From contig OZ025659.1 of NCBI GenBank assembly GCA_964019335.1, positions 496,001-560,000 of the forward strand: 64,000 nucleotides of DNA. Reading direction: 5' to 3'. Position numbers and translations under genes: made by a program. Below are positions 30,704 through 41,315 of the stretch, piece after piece. Position 1 is the stretch's first letter. Every line of letters starts with the position of its first letter. The stretch comes from Diplonema japonicum (taxonomy: Eukaryota; Protista; Euglenozoa: Diplonemea). Under the pieces are notes generated by a model. That model ran no database searches and was not told the origin of the DNA. It saw nothing but the letters and a program-made list of their open reading frames with translations.

Positions 30704-31483
30704 ATGCACCCAGAAAGATGGCAGAGCCTGCTGCAAGAAGCTGAAGTGTACTGCAGAAAAGGGTTGGGGTTGATTAGATTCCACTGCAAGCCGGATGAGG
30801 CTTTGGTTCATGGTCTTAAAAGCGAAGTGATCCTTGATGAAATAAAAAGAACTACCGTGAGGTTGGAGAGCGAGGATGACGTTCGTGAAAAGATGGAAGA
30901 GCTTCGAAAAAAAATCAAAAGGATAAAAATCCTAGCCATGAAGAGCAAAGGCAGGGAGAGAGGCGTCGTTCTACGATGGGACGAAGCACCCTATGGGACA
31001 GAGGACGAGATGCTAGCCGTGGCAGCCTCCCTTTCAAAACTTAACAAACACAAGGAATCCCTGGCTGTACTTCAGGATTTGCTTGCCTCCCTTGACCATC
31101 GGGCAGTGTTGGACTACTACACCGCAACGCGGGCTGCAGCAGCAGCGCTCCCTATACCTTACCCTCGGGCTTCTCGGTACCTCCCGGTTGTTCTTTACAA
31201 CATTGCAACGCAATACGAGCACCTTTCTCGAATAGATACCGCCCTCTCTTATTACACACAAACTATGTCAAAAACTCCCGCTCGCCACACACTCCACATC
31301 CAAGCCGCCTGCGCCATCGACAGTCTCAACAAAAAAACCCACAACAACAAGGGAGCAAGCCCTAGACACACACACCACACCATTCAAGCCGCATACCGAT
31401 ATTTCGGCAACGGGAAACTGAGTCCGGGAACAGAGGTGAAAGCGCTGAACAGGTTGAAAACGCTCAGGGGAGGGACATATTAG
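30704..31483 (+). CDS. Hypothetical protein with TPR-like helices
   Basis: VVLYNIATQYEHLSRIDTALSYYTQ resembles a TPR; 259-aa ORF. Confidence 0.7.
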   Translation: MHPERWQSLLQEAEVYCRKGLGLIRFHCKPDEALVHGLKSEVILDEIKRTTVRLESEDDVREKMEELRKKIKRIKILAMKSKGRERGVVLRWDEAPYGTEDEMLAVAASLSKLNKHKESLAVLQDLLASLDHRAVLDYYTATRAAAAALPIPYPRASRYLPVVLYNIATQYEHLSRIDTALSYYTQTMSKTPARHTLHIQAACAIDSLNKKTHNNKGASPRHTHHTIQAAYRYFGNGKLSPGTEVKALNRLKTLRGGTY

Positions 31484-31576
31484 ATTTTTTTTTTTTTTAA
31501 TTTCCTTCTCCCTCCCACATGACTATATTGAAGAAAGACGATATTAAAAAAAAAAAAAAAAAAGAAAAGAGGAAAT

Positions 31577-33078
31577 ATGGACCGAGAAGAAAAGCCCGTG
31601 AAGGATCAGCAGGACAGCGAGGTGCAAGAGAACACGGAAGAGGGAGGGGAGAAAAGTACTGACGTGGAAAAACACGCAGACCCCGAGGCCCCTGAAGACG
31701 AGGCACCAGCGACACCCACAACGCCGACAAGCGACAACCCGCTGGCGTTGAAGGAGACAAACATTGTAACCGGGAAGGGAAACGCCAAGAAGAAGAAGAA
31801 ACCTGCCATGACAAAGGAAAAGAGTAGCGCACTTGACCTGATCAACGCGCGCCTCGCCCAGTTAGAGAAGAAAGAAAACACGGTATATTTATAATTCATC
31901 AAAACCCCTTAACTCTTCAATAGGAGACCTCAACTGAAACTGAAGTAGAACCCGAACGTGAAAAAAAAGCACCCCAGCAAGACCCTCACAAACATGGTTT
32001 GTGCTTATTTGCTGAGGTATGCATTGACAAAAAAAAGAAAATGTGTACACAACAAACTCACAGGGAGGTGAGCCGGTGTTGAGGGAGGCGTTCCAAAAAG
32101 CGATTCAAGAGACGAAGAGACATGAGCGGGACCTCATGATGCTGAAGAGGAAGAACGAGCAGCTGACGAAGGAAAAAGAGCGGCAACACATCGAGACCGC
32201 AGAGGTCAAAGCAAGCCAACAGCGATCGCAGATCAAATGTTTGGAGCTGCAGAAACAGATCAAAGCGTTGAAGGAAGCTGCTGATAATATGTAATGCACC
32301 CCCCCCTTTAAATTTTCATAACCCCCCCCCCCCACAGGGAATCCGAAAAAGAAACGCAACGCAACGAGCTAGAAGCAAAGTTCCAAGCAGCAATTGATGA
32401 GATCACAGCAAAGCTACACGACGGGAATGAAGAAAGGTTTTTTGTTTTTTTTTTTTTTTTTTATGACAATACCACAGAGACCATCTGCGTAAAGAGAACA
32501 CTGAATTGGACACAAAGGTGCAGGCTATCGAATTGGAGTGCGGGGAACGGTTTGAAAAGTACCAGTCGCTCCACGAGGAAAAAGCAGAGCTCTTGCAGGA
32601 GAAGAAGGAACAGCAGAAGGTGACTGAGCAGACCGCGTTAAGCGAGCGGCAAAAGACGCAGCTCACAGAGGAGGCTCTGATGATAACAACAAGATCGTGC
32701 TCAGAGCTTCGTGCACAGATTAAAATGTACACTGACCGCATGGAGGAATTTGAGGATAGTATCACCAAGAGTAAGGACGTTTTCGGGACCTTTGGTAAAG
32801 AGCTGGTCAAAATGAAGGACCACTGTGATGCCCTGCAGGCCTCCCGTGACGAAGTGAAGGCCGAACTCACAACTCTCGAAAAGAGCGTGGTGACCCTCAA
32901 CTCCACCCGCATTAAAAACCGCAAGCTTATCGAACAGCAAATCACAGCCAACACCAAGCAAAAAGAAACCGCTTCCCGCCTCTCCACCAGACGCAACACC
33001 TGGAAGCCCTACCTTGACCACATCACCAAATGGTTCTCAGAACAGGCAGCGGAACAGGACGTTGAAACACAGGAATAG
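31577..33078 (+). CDS. Taxilin family coiled-coil protein; 5 exons
   Basis: Introns 31883-31923, 32017-32063, 32291-32337 and 32437-32477. Taxilin signatures CLELQKQ, RNELEAKFQAAIDEI and LRAQIKMYTDRMEEFEDSITKSKDVFGTFGKELVKM. Confidence 0.85.
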
Positions 33079-33590
33079 AGCTTTTTTGGGGGGGTATTTT
33101 TTTTTTTTTTTTTCCAATAGATTTTTTTTTTAAACGAAAAAACTGTCCCTCTCCCTTAGAACGGGGGGGGGGGGGGATATTGCATGGGATGGAAATAGAA
33201 GAGAATGGGTTGCAAAGTTAAAAATCTTTACCGACTTTTCCCTGCTCTTTTTATTCCCCCTTATTATTATAATTTTTTATTGCGCCTTTTATGTTACCGG
33301 TGCCTTCCCCACCCCACCCCACCCTCTGATCACATTTTTATTTACCCCCCTCCATTTTTTATTCTGGTCCTCAAAAGTGGGATTCTGCCCTTAAACATCG
33401 CCTTTTTTATTTTTATATTTTCCCCACTTTCACAACTCTCCATTCCTGTTCTATTTTTCTTATATTATAAATGAACGATCCCCCTCCCCCCTCCTTTTGT
33501 TTCCCCCGGAACCCCCCCCCCCCCCCCCCCCACAGTGAAGGGAAGAGCAGGGACAATGATGGGTTAAAAAATCAAAAAAAAAAGGATCAA

Positions 33591-34676
33591 ATGGAACCCG
33601 TGAGAAACACCACAGTAACAACAACTACAACAACAACAACAACAAAGACGGTTAAGAAGCCCCGGAAAGATGGAAAGCGGTCGCACTCAGTCCCCGTGGT
33701 GAGGTGCGGGAGCCCTATACTGACAGAGTCAAAGGAGGAGTTCCTGAGAGGGATCGACAGGTTTGCAGCGTGTTACGGTGGCGAAGAGGTCATGCAGTGG
33801 ATCCTTAGGTCCAGCACGAAGCTCCAGAACGGAGAACGAATCCTCGAGTCGTTCTCACCAGAGAGAAGGAGGAAGGAACTCACGAATGTCAAAGCTCCCG
33901 ACACCCGATTTGACGCGTGGCTGGCACAACACAGAGACCTCGTTAGACCGTTCAAGCAGAGCGAACCCGGCGACATCTATTCACCGTCCCTCCGGTCGGT
34001 ATCTGCGATCACTAAGCGTGAACAGTCAGTGTCGGTGTCCAGTAGCTTTTCTCCAGTACACCGGCGTCACCACCGTTGCCCTCCGTCTATTGTAAGTACG
34101 TCAGTGTCGCAGTCTGTGTCGCAGTCCCCTTCAAAGTCCCACCCCATGTACACTGGCCAAGGAGGCGTTGCCTACCAAAGTATGGCCCGGCAACGCTGGC
34201 CGCTTGACCAAGCAACGCCCAAGAAATCTTCTTCGCACGTGCAGCCCACCAGCCTTGCCGATGCGGGCATCATTGATGTGAACACGACGTCGTATATTCT
34301 AAGCAGAAGCGGTGATATTCACAAGCCTGCGTCGAGCGGTGAATCCCCAGTCAGGATCCGCAGTCTTAGCCCTCCCAAGGTTATGGGTTTGGCACATGGG
34401 ATTACGTCCCCGCCTCAACTCAACGTGCCCCCGCCTACGCCTGTTTTTCTTACCCCGGGGAGGGGGAGGCGGTCCGCATCGACGCCGCCTGCCGGGGGGG
34501 GCACCTTCTCTTCCACGCCGAGGCACACTCATACACCGCCTTTTATGACACCTACGAAATCCTTGGACAGGTGCTCTTGTCCTTCTCACACAAACAGCTC
34601 GCGGAGGGTCCCAAAAAGACTTAAATACAGTTATGTATGGGTCCCCCCCGGGAGGAGTCCCGCGAGAAACCGGTAG
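33591..34676 (+). CDS. Ser/Pro-rich, probably disordered hypothetical protein
   Basis: Long ORF with many SP/TP sites; ATG 33591 follows an A tract. Confidence 0.72.
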   Translation: MEPVRNTTVTTTTTTTTTKTVKKPRKDGKRSHSVPVVRCGSPILTESKEEFLRGIDRFAACYGGEEVMQWILRSSTKLQNGERILESFSPERRRKELTNVKAPDTRFDAWLAQHRDLVRPFKQSEPGDIYSPSLRSVSAITKREQSVSVSSSFSPVHRRHHRCPPSIVSTSVSQSVSQSPSKSHPMYTGQGGVAYQSMARQRWPLDQATPKKSSSHVQPTSLADAGIIDVNTTSYILSRSGDIHKPASSGESPVRIRSLSPPKVMGLAHGITSPPQLNVPPPTPVFLTPGRGRRSASTPPAGGGTFSSTPRHTHTPPFMTPTKSLDRCSCPSHTNSSRRVPKRLKYSYVWVPPGRSPARNR

Positions 34677-34844
34677 ATTATTTTCCTTCTTTTTTTTTTC
34701 TAAAAGTGTATCTCTTTCTCTTTTCTGTATGTAAAAAAATTGTGTGTTTTTTTTTTTGTTTTGTTCTTTTCCTTTTTTTTCTCTGTTTACTAGGGAAAAA
34801 AGAAACCCCCCCTTATCAATTCTTAAAAGTGGGAAAAGAAATAA

Positions 34845-37800
34845 ATGGACATATTTCTAAAGCTCCCCAACGGAGAGCTGGTAGAAGCAAGTATTGATGA
34901 AAAAACCACGGCCAGTGGGCTGATGGAGAACCAGCTGAGCGCGTTCAGCAATATCTCACTTGCCTACAACGGCGTCCCTCTTCAGGCGGACGAAGAGGTA
35001 CACAGGTGCGGTATCCGGTTGGGTGAGGAGCTGGCTGTACAGCTGTCAGAGAAAACGGTCAGCGAGCAAGCAATCAAGAACAGCCCCTTTGCAAAGATGA
35101 CCTTGAGTTCTTATGTTTCAGAATTTGTTCACAACCAAAACAATCAAGAATATCCCGAGGAGTATCTGGACCACTTCCTTCGCACAGGGGATGCGAATAC
35201 GATAGTCAATGTACATCTCTATGACTGGCTCAGCTCCGACAGATATGAGGCTATCCTTGACGCCATCGAGGCCTTGCAAAACAGGGGCCTCGGCCGTTTC
35301 CTAATACAAACTTTAAATGCGCCCTTGACAATCCCTGTCACGCCCCGATTACTGCGGGTTGTGTTATCAATACAGCGCACCGCGCACAAGCCATACACCC
35401 GGACGTGGATAGACTTGCTGGATTGGTGCATCCGGAACGAGGCCGAGGGTTTCGTCCAAGACCTTCTTGTCAATGATGTGAGATTCTCCGAACAACATTT
35501 TCTGAGCAAAGTGGGTGAAGTGACGCCTGCCATGTTCAAAGTCTTTTTACAACACATGACCTGCGCAAGCAGGCCGCTGCTGAACCGCATTATAAAGACG
35601 GACAGCCTGCTTCGGTACAAAGATGTGCTGCTACAGGCGCATGAAGATACAGACCACCGAACGGTTCTAAACCGTATTCTAAATACCATGGCCCTGCCGT
35701 TGGTGTGCGAAAGAGGTGTTCTCGAAGAGGTTGAGATGATCACATCGTGGTGCACAAGCCTCGAAAAGAACAACCCCACCGCGATACGCGCTGCAGCGCG
35801 GGCGGGCTTTCATCAAGCGATCAAGCACCTTGTAAGGTGTGGGCTGCGCCTCAATACGACATCGGTAAACAAACCCATCTACGATGCATGTGCCGCAGGA
35901 TGCCTCTGCACGGTAAAGTACCTGATCCAACAGGGAGCAACAGTTGACCAGAAGTGTCTCCAAAATGCAGTGATAGCAGATAGCACTCCTATTGTTGAGT
36001 TGCTACTCTCGATGAAGGTGCCTGTGATAAGCCTCCATGTGGCGGCGAGGCATAGACCGCACATGCTGGAGCTGCTTATAAAAAGCTGCCCGGTGGCCGT
36101 GTTGAACTCAATAAGGAACGGCTGTACCCCCCTCACGTTGGCGGCGCAACACGTACAGGAAGAGTATGTTCTGCTGCTGCTGTCGCGAGGGGCGGACCCC
36201 AAGGTGCTCGCCCCATTTCCCGCCCAAGAATGTGCGAGAAGAGGCTTTGCAGTCGCCCTTAGTAAGATGCTCGAAACGGAGAGCGTTGATTCAACTGCAC
36301 TTGAGGCAGCTGTGGAGGGGAACCACATCAAGGTGGCGTCGATTCTTCTACGGGGAGGAGCCCAGGTGGGTAACTCCGCAAGACTGGCAACAAGCGCAGG
36401 GATGGTACTGCTGCTGAAGGAGCACGGGCAGGTGATATCAGGGGATATTTTGAATACCATTGTCGCCACAGGCTCTTTCCGAGATGTGTGCGATCTGATG
36501 AAGGTTACGAAAAATGCCGCCATGCACGACGCCGGCGGAGTGACCCCACTGCACATCGCGGCAGGGCTGCGCAACCCACACTTTATTGTGCAGGAGCTCT
36601 TGGAACGGGGTGGGTGCCCCAATGCAGCAAGCCTTCAAGGCATACACGACACTCCTTTGTACAGAGCGGTGAGGAAGCGTTACGGGGGTGTGGTGGCGAT
36701 GTTGTTGGCAAAAGGAGCAACAGTGCAAGAGACTGACCTCATTCGTGCGATAGCTGTCAGGGACACAGGGGTGCTGGAGCAGCTTGCACAAAGATGCGGC
36801 GAGGGTTTGAAGGGATCAAGGAATGTTGCACGGGAAGCAGTGAAGGCAGGGTCCGCAGAAGCCGTGTCGTGCCTGGCAGCTAACAAGTTCGACCTTGGGC
36901 ACAGCAACAAGGCTGAGGGCGGGCTGGTCAGCCTTGCTCTCATAAAGGGTAACAGGGAGGTGGCGCTCGCACTTCTTGCAGCACAGGCTGGCATGGATAA
37001 CGATCACACTTCATCTGTGCTCCACCGTGCTATGCGGCTTGGAGACATACGCGTGGTGACGAAGGTGCTGGCAACAGGGGCCGACATCGCTTTCCACAAC
37101 AGTGCGGGCTACACACCACTGCACACGGCAGCGATGCACAAGGGCAAAACCTTCCTGACGGAAGTGTTGGACGTGAACGGGGGCGTCTTCCAAAAGCACA
37201 TCAACGCAAAAGCAAGCTCGAACGGAAGAACACCTTTGGGCACCGCGGTTCGCAACGGGAACACAGAAGCAGCCAAACTGCTGCTGCAACACGGGGCGGA
37301 CCCAAAGGGACAGGGCCTGGTGAACACCGCGCTGAGAAAGCTTCGGTGTGAAAAAGATCACATTTCCATCCACATAATGGTGAGGCAGCTGGGAGAGTTC
37401 GCCTGCGAAGCAGATACCCATGGGAACACCCCACTGAGCACGTGCATCAAACGGAATTGGATACACACAATGCAAGTTTTACTCGAATTAGACCCGAAGC
37501 CCGATGTCAACCAAGAACACGAAGGGGAAACAATGCTGCAGCTCGCGTGCGGGAGCCACGCCACTGTGCTGCAGATGTTGCTCGAAGCCGGAGCGGACCC
37601 GAACAAAAGGGGCAAGGGCGGCGACACGCCGATCCACACAGCGTGCAGGTTGGGGGCGGAGCAACATCTAACTTATCTCATGAACAGAGGCGCGGATATA
37701 ACTGCTCTAAGCGGCGACGGGGAAACAGCTTTCTGGGTAGGCGATGCCCTCACATATCGGATGATGCAGAAGCTGATTACAAACGGTGTTTCAAGATCAC

Positions 37801-38615
37801 CAAGTAAGACTAATTCTGGCGGCATGACGCCCCTGATGAGTCTTTATGCTACGAGAAGGCACGACTCGTGTGATGTGCTCGTTTATAAGGAGTATCTCAA
37901 CACGCAAGACGACGAAGGCGACACGGCGGTGCATTACGCTGCCCACAGGCGGCGAATCGTTTCCGTTGACTCTCTTTACAACAGCGGCTTCGACTTCGCA
38001 TTGAAAAACAACAACGGGCAGAACGTGTTTCACGTGTTTGCCATGAATGGTGTTTACTTGTACCCATCTTCTTTTGCCGGGGTGCCTTTGGAATCGCTTA
38101 GCTTTCTTGAGGAACTCGATTGTTTTGACCGCACGCCTCTCATGTGGGCGGCGGAGACCCATGCTTCCGCATTACTGAGGTGCTCAGCGGACACCCGAAA
38201 CAGTACTGGCATGACAGCGATGCACTTTGCAGCCCGCAACGCTACCCATAAGATGGTGTCTTTGATAACCACATATGGGTGCGATCCTTGTTTGCAGGAC
38301 GCACAGGGTGACACACCTTTGCACTATGCTCTGTTGGCTTGCCAAAGATTTTCATCATACCGCTCGCGTTTTACTAGAACATTGATAGAAAAGATGCGCA
38401 GCTGCAACCAGCAAAACAAACAAGGGAAGACACCGCTCCATGTGGCCGCCGAGCTAGGGTTGGACACCTGCATCGTGTGCTTACTCAGCAACGGGGCGGA
38501 CTGCGACATACAGGACAACGAGGGCCACACCGCGCTGGACGTGGCAAGGGAAAAGGTAAAGCACATGCTGGTGAGCCACACCAGCAGGCCGGCAGCCAAG
38601 CGTGTTCGGGTTTGA
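34845..38615 (+). CDS. Ankyrin-repeat protein with N-terminal ubiquitin-like domain and C-terminal NLS
   Basis: Ubl-like start MDIFLKLPNGELV...LAYNGVPL; many GxTPLHxAA repeats; ends RPAAKRVRV. Confidence 0.92.
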   Translation: MDIFLKLPNGELVEASIDEKTTASGLMENQLSAFSNISLAYNGVPLQADEEVHRCGIRLGEELAVQLSEKTVSEQAIKNSPFAKMTLSSYVSEFVHNQNNQEYPEEYLDHFLRTGDANTIVNVHLYDWLSSDRYEAILDAIEALQNRGLGRFLIQTLNAPLTIPVTPRLLRVVLSIQRTAHKPYTRTWIDLLDWCIRNEAEGFVQDLLVNDVRFSEQHFLSKVGEVTPAMFKVFLQHMTCASRPLLNRIIKTDSLLRYKDVLLQAHEDTDHRTVLNRILNTMALPLVCERGVLEEVEMITSWCTSLEKNNPTAIRAAARAGFHQAIKHLVRCGLRLNTTSVNKPIYDACAAGCLCTVKYLIQQGATVDQKCLQNAVIADSTPIVELLLSMKVPVISLHVAARHRPHMLELLIKSCPVAVLNSIRNGCTPLTLAAQHVQEEYVLLLLSRGADPKVLAPFPAQECARRGFAVALSKMLETESVDSTALEAAVEGNHIKVASILLRGGAQVGNSARLATSAGMVLLLKEHGQVISGDILNTIVATGSFRDVCDLMKVTKNAAMHDAGGVTPLHIAAGLRNPHFIVQELLERGGCPNAASLQGIHDTPLYRAVRKRYGGVVAMLLAKGATVQETDLIRAIAVRDTGVLEQLAQRCGEGLKGSRNVAREAVKAGSAEAVSCLAANKFDLGHSNKAEGGLVSLALIKGNREVALALLAAQAGMDNDHTSSVLHRAMRLGDIRVVTKVLATGADIAFHNSAGYTPLHTAAMHKGKTFLTEVLDVNGGVFQKHINAKASSNGRTPLGTAVRNGNTEAAKLLLQHGADPKGQGLVNTALRKLRCEKDHISIHIMVRQLGEFACEADTHGNTPLSTCIKRNWIHTMQVLLELDPKPDVNQEHEGETMLQLACGSHATVLQMLLEAGADPNKRGKGGDTPIHTACRLGAEQHLTYLMNRGADITALSGDGETAFWVGDALTYRMMQKLITNGVSRSPSKTNSGGMTPLMSLYATRRHDSCDVLVYKEYLNTQDDEGDTAVHYAAHRRRIVSVDSLYNSGFDFALKNNNGQNVFHVFAMNGVYLYPSSFAGVPLESLSFLEELDCFDRTPLMWAAETHASALLRCSADTRNSTGMTAMHFAARNATHKMVSLITTYGCDPCLQDAQGDTPLHYALLACQRFSSYRSRFTRTLIEKMRSCNQQNKQGKTPLHVAAELGLDTCIVCLLSNGADCDIQDNEGHTALDVAREKVKHMLVSHTSRPAAKRVRV

Positions 38616-39490
38616 TCGACAAAACCTTCCCCATTTTTTTTATCCTATTGTCAATGGGAAAAGAACCGGTAACATTCCCCCTAGGGCTATGCTGGCATGG
38701 AACGCGTTTCCATGCATTTTTTGAAAAAAAAAAAAAAAGGGAAACGTTTCCCTATTTGGAGCCGTTTCCTTGGGGCAGAAACATAGCCATTTCCATAAGA
38801 ATTTTGAAAACATGGAAACGGATACGGAAACGGAAACGGACCCCCCCCCCCCCCCCCCCCCCAGCCAAAGTGAGCTGGGAAACTCTTGCTAACTTTGAGC
38901 TCAAGGGCGAAAGAAACCGATGCGGCCGTGAGGTGTATCTTGTCTGAAGCGATACGATTCAGCAGTTTTTTTTTTTTAATGGTTTTTTTTTCCACCCCCT
39001 GCACACTTTCTCCTCAGACTACAGCATTTACACACACACGAAAAAGAAAAAGCGGAAAACAAATATGCCAAGCCAAAAGGATCAGAATTGTGCTTTATTG
39101 ACAGAACTGTTCCACGGTGCGAAGGCGATTAGGTGTGGAGAAATGGGGGGGGATTTTTTTTTGAAGAAAAAACAAAAAGGATCCAAGAATGGCAGAAAGA
39201 TAACTTGCGCTCGGTCATTGCCCGTTCTTATAAGGCCAACCATTGTGGCGAACTATAGGCAGGATCTCACCCCCCCCCCCCCCCCCCCCCTTTCCCGAAG
39301 AAAAAAAACAGCTGTATTAAAAAAAATTATGGAAAACATGGAAAAAAGGGAAACACAAATGCCCTCACCACCCCCCCCTTTTTTTCCTTTATACCTTGTC
39401 AAGTTGAAAAAAAAAAAGCAAAAAAAATCAGTTTTACACTGTTTTGATTTGTTTTCCTTTTTTTTTTCTCCCCTTCTTTTCAATTACAAT

Positions 39491-39712
39491 ATGGGCCAAG
39501 GCCGCACAGAGGCGCTGAACCAGCCGTTCTTCTGCGGGAACTCTGCCGTGGAACTGCCCCTCATCAGGGGGCTTGGCAAACACGGGCACAATCACTCTGC
39601 GGCCCCGGGAAAGGTGTTGAAGAAAATGATCGCTAACGAGAAGAAAAAATGCGAGGCAAAAGGGAAGACTTGGTCAACCATCGACTCTTATGGGTTCGGT
39701 GACGAACTTTGA
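39491..39712 (+). CDS. Small hypothetical protein (73 aa)
   Basis: GC-balanced ORF between homopolymer spacers; ATG follows a pyrimidine tract. Confidence 0.55.
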   Translation: MGQGRTEALNQPFFCGNSAVELPLIRGLGKHGHNHSAAPGKVLKKMIANEKKKCEAKGKTWSTIDSYGFGDEL

Positions 39713-39812
39713 GGACAGGCGAGATTTTTTATTTATTTATTATTTTTTTTTTTTTAAATTCCCAAAAAAAAAAAAAAGAAAAAAAAAAAAAAAAAAAAAA
39801 AAAAAGTGGGTA

Positions 39813-40172
39813 ATGTCTTCAGATGAGATCTACACCCACATTATAGATCGATTGATCGAAGAAAAATTCGTGGAATTTCTCGACGCATGGTGCCGAAAAA
39901 ACTGCCGTTCGTTTCACGAAGCTTCTCCTTCTGAACACACCCACGACCAGTACGAGTCACACCAAGCATATTGCAGATTTTACGAGAGCAAATGTGAGGC
40001 GGTACTTAAAGAGAAAGACGTCACGAGCCAGACATTCTACAAAATGTGTGAGGCAGACGCCCCGCACAGGGAGGAAATCCAATGCATAGTAGACGTCATC
40101 ACCGCGGTGGGGGAATACAAAGAGTTTCACAGAATGATGCACGAAAAATATCTGGAAGAGGAGATGGAGTAG
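39813..40172 (+). CDS. BART (ARL2-binding protein/CFAP36-like) domain protein
   Basis: FLDAWCRKNCRSF...EHTHDQYESHQAYCRFYE...L....VT...F...ITAVGEYKEFHRMM matches the BART pattern. Confidence 0.82.
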   Translation: MSSDEIYTHIIDRLIEEKFVEFLDAWCRKNCRSFHEASPSEHTHDQYESHQAYCRFYESKCEAVLKEKDVTSQTFYKMCEADAPHREEIQCIVDVITAVGEYKEFHRMMHEKYLEEEME

Positions 40173-40251
40173 TTAAGTTTACACTGGATAGCCATTTCCC
40201 CTATATATCCTTGTTTTTTTTTTTTTCCCTCTAAAGATTCACAAGGTGCAA

Positions 40252-41184
40252 ATGATATCAAGCGTTTCCCCGCGCCTTCCATATTTCAAAAAAACAAATT
40301 CAACACCGCGAAATGCAAAACCGATTCAAACCTTGCAGGAGGCAATGTTAGAAGTGAATATAATCAATAACCAACAGCTTGCAATTCTGAACGAGCTGGT
40401 CCAAGAAGAAAAGACAAGGCGGCTGCAACGAGCTAAAGGAGACGTCAGCAGGACAAACCTCTGGTGGCTGGAGAAGCAGATCGCAGCATTAGAACGAAAA
40501 AAAGACCACATGGAAGTGACCAAAGGAGGGGACACTTTCCCATCGGTATCCGTGAAGGCAAAACCAGGCCTGAATAAGTTTCGCAACAAAGGAGCCGAGG
40601 ATCTGTTTCTCGAAAAAATCTCCCTGAAAACCCTTGGAAGACCGTCGTGTTACTCTTGCGAAGCGTGCACACCCATATGCCACACCATAGGGAATGAGTT
40701 ACTCCCCCACCCTCCTAAGGTCACAATGGCGCAGACCTTGGACAGATTGTACTATAATCCAATTCGGCAAAAGAATCTGAAGGAGAGTACTGAATTCACC
40801 CCTCTACAGCTTCGATCCGCACTTACTCTCTATGAGCAGGAACGAAGACTGCCTTACAAACTGTCAAAGGCGGCGTCCCCCTCCACACATCTCTACCACC
40901 TTGTCCGTAGCACCATCAGCCTCGCTTCTGTTGTTGCCGTTCTTGCGTCGATGTGTTCCCAGGATGCCGTTGTTGTTGTTGTTTTCTGTGGGGCGGTGGT
41001 GTGCGTTGCTGCTGAAGGCGTGCCTCGAAAACGAAGGCGGAGCAGTACCTTAAGAAGGGCCAGAAGCTCCGTCGTGAGCGAGCTGGAAACCGTCGTCTAC
41101 ACCGAGGAGAACGAACATGAAAAAAAACAAAAACCCAAAAAGAAGAAAGGCAAGAAGAAACGCGGGAATTCTTTACAGAATTGA
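40252..41184 (+). CDS. Hypothetical protein with a C-terminal hydrophobic hairpin
   Basis: 310-aa ORF with a coiled-coil N-terminus and two hydrophobic segments; start and end uncertain. Confidence 0.6.
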   Translation: MISSVSPRLPYFKKTNSTPRNAKPIQTLQEAMLEVNIINNQQLAILNELVQEEKTRRLQRAKGDVSRTNLWWLEKQIAALERKKDHMEVTKGGDTFPSVSVKAKPGLNKFRNKGAEDLFLEKISLKTLGRPSCYSCEACTPICHTIGNELLPHPPKVTMAQTLDRLYYNPIRQKNLKESTEFTPLQLRSALTLYEQERRLPYKLSKAASPSTHLYHLVRSTISLASVVAVLASMCSQDAVVVVVFCGAVVCVAAEGVPRKRRRSSTLRRARSSVVSELETVVYTEENEHEKKQKPKKKKGKKKRGNSLQN

Positions 41185-41315
41185 ACGGGAAAAGGGGACG
41201 GGAAAGAAGAAAAAAAAAAAAAATGGAAAATATTATTTTGCTTGTCCTCCGAACAGTATCACAAAAAAAAAAAAAAAAAAAAAACAGGGGGTAGCGCGGC
41301 CCATTACAATTCCAC

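Noticed and set aside
38695-38840. gcatggaa/ttccatgc hairpin and short ggaaac repeats
   Set aside because: Too short, with no terminal repeats or TSD; compatible with chance.
39185-39229. Imperfect hairpin aagaatggca/tgcccgttctt
   Set aside because: Single short stem without box motifs; insufficient evidence for an ncRNA.
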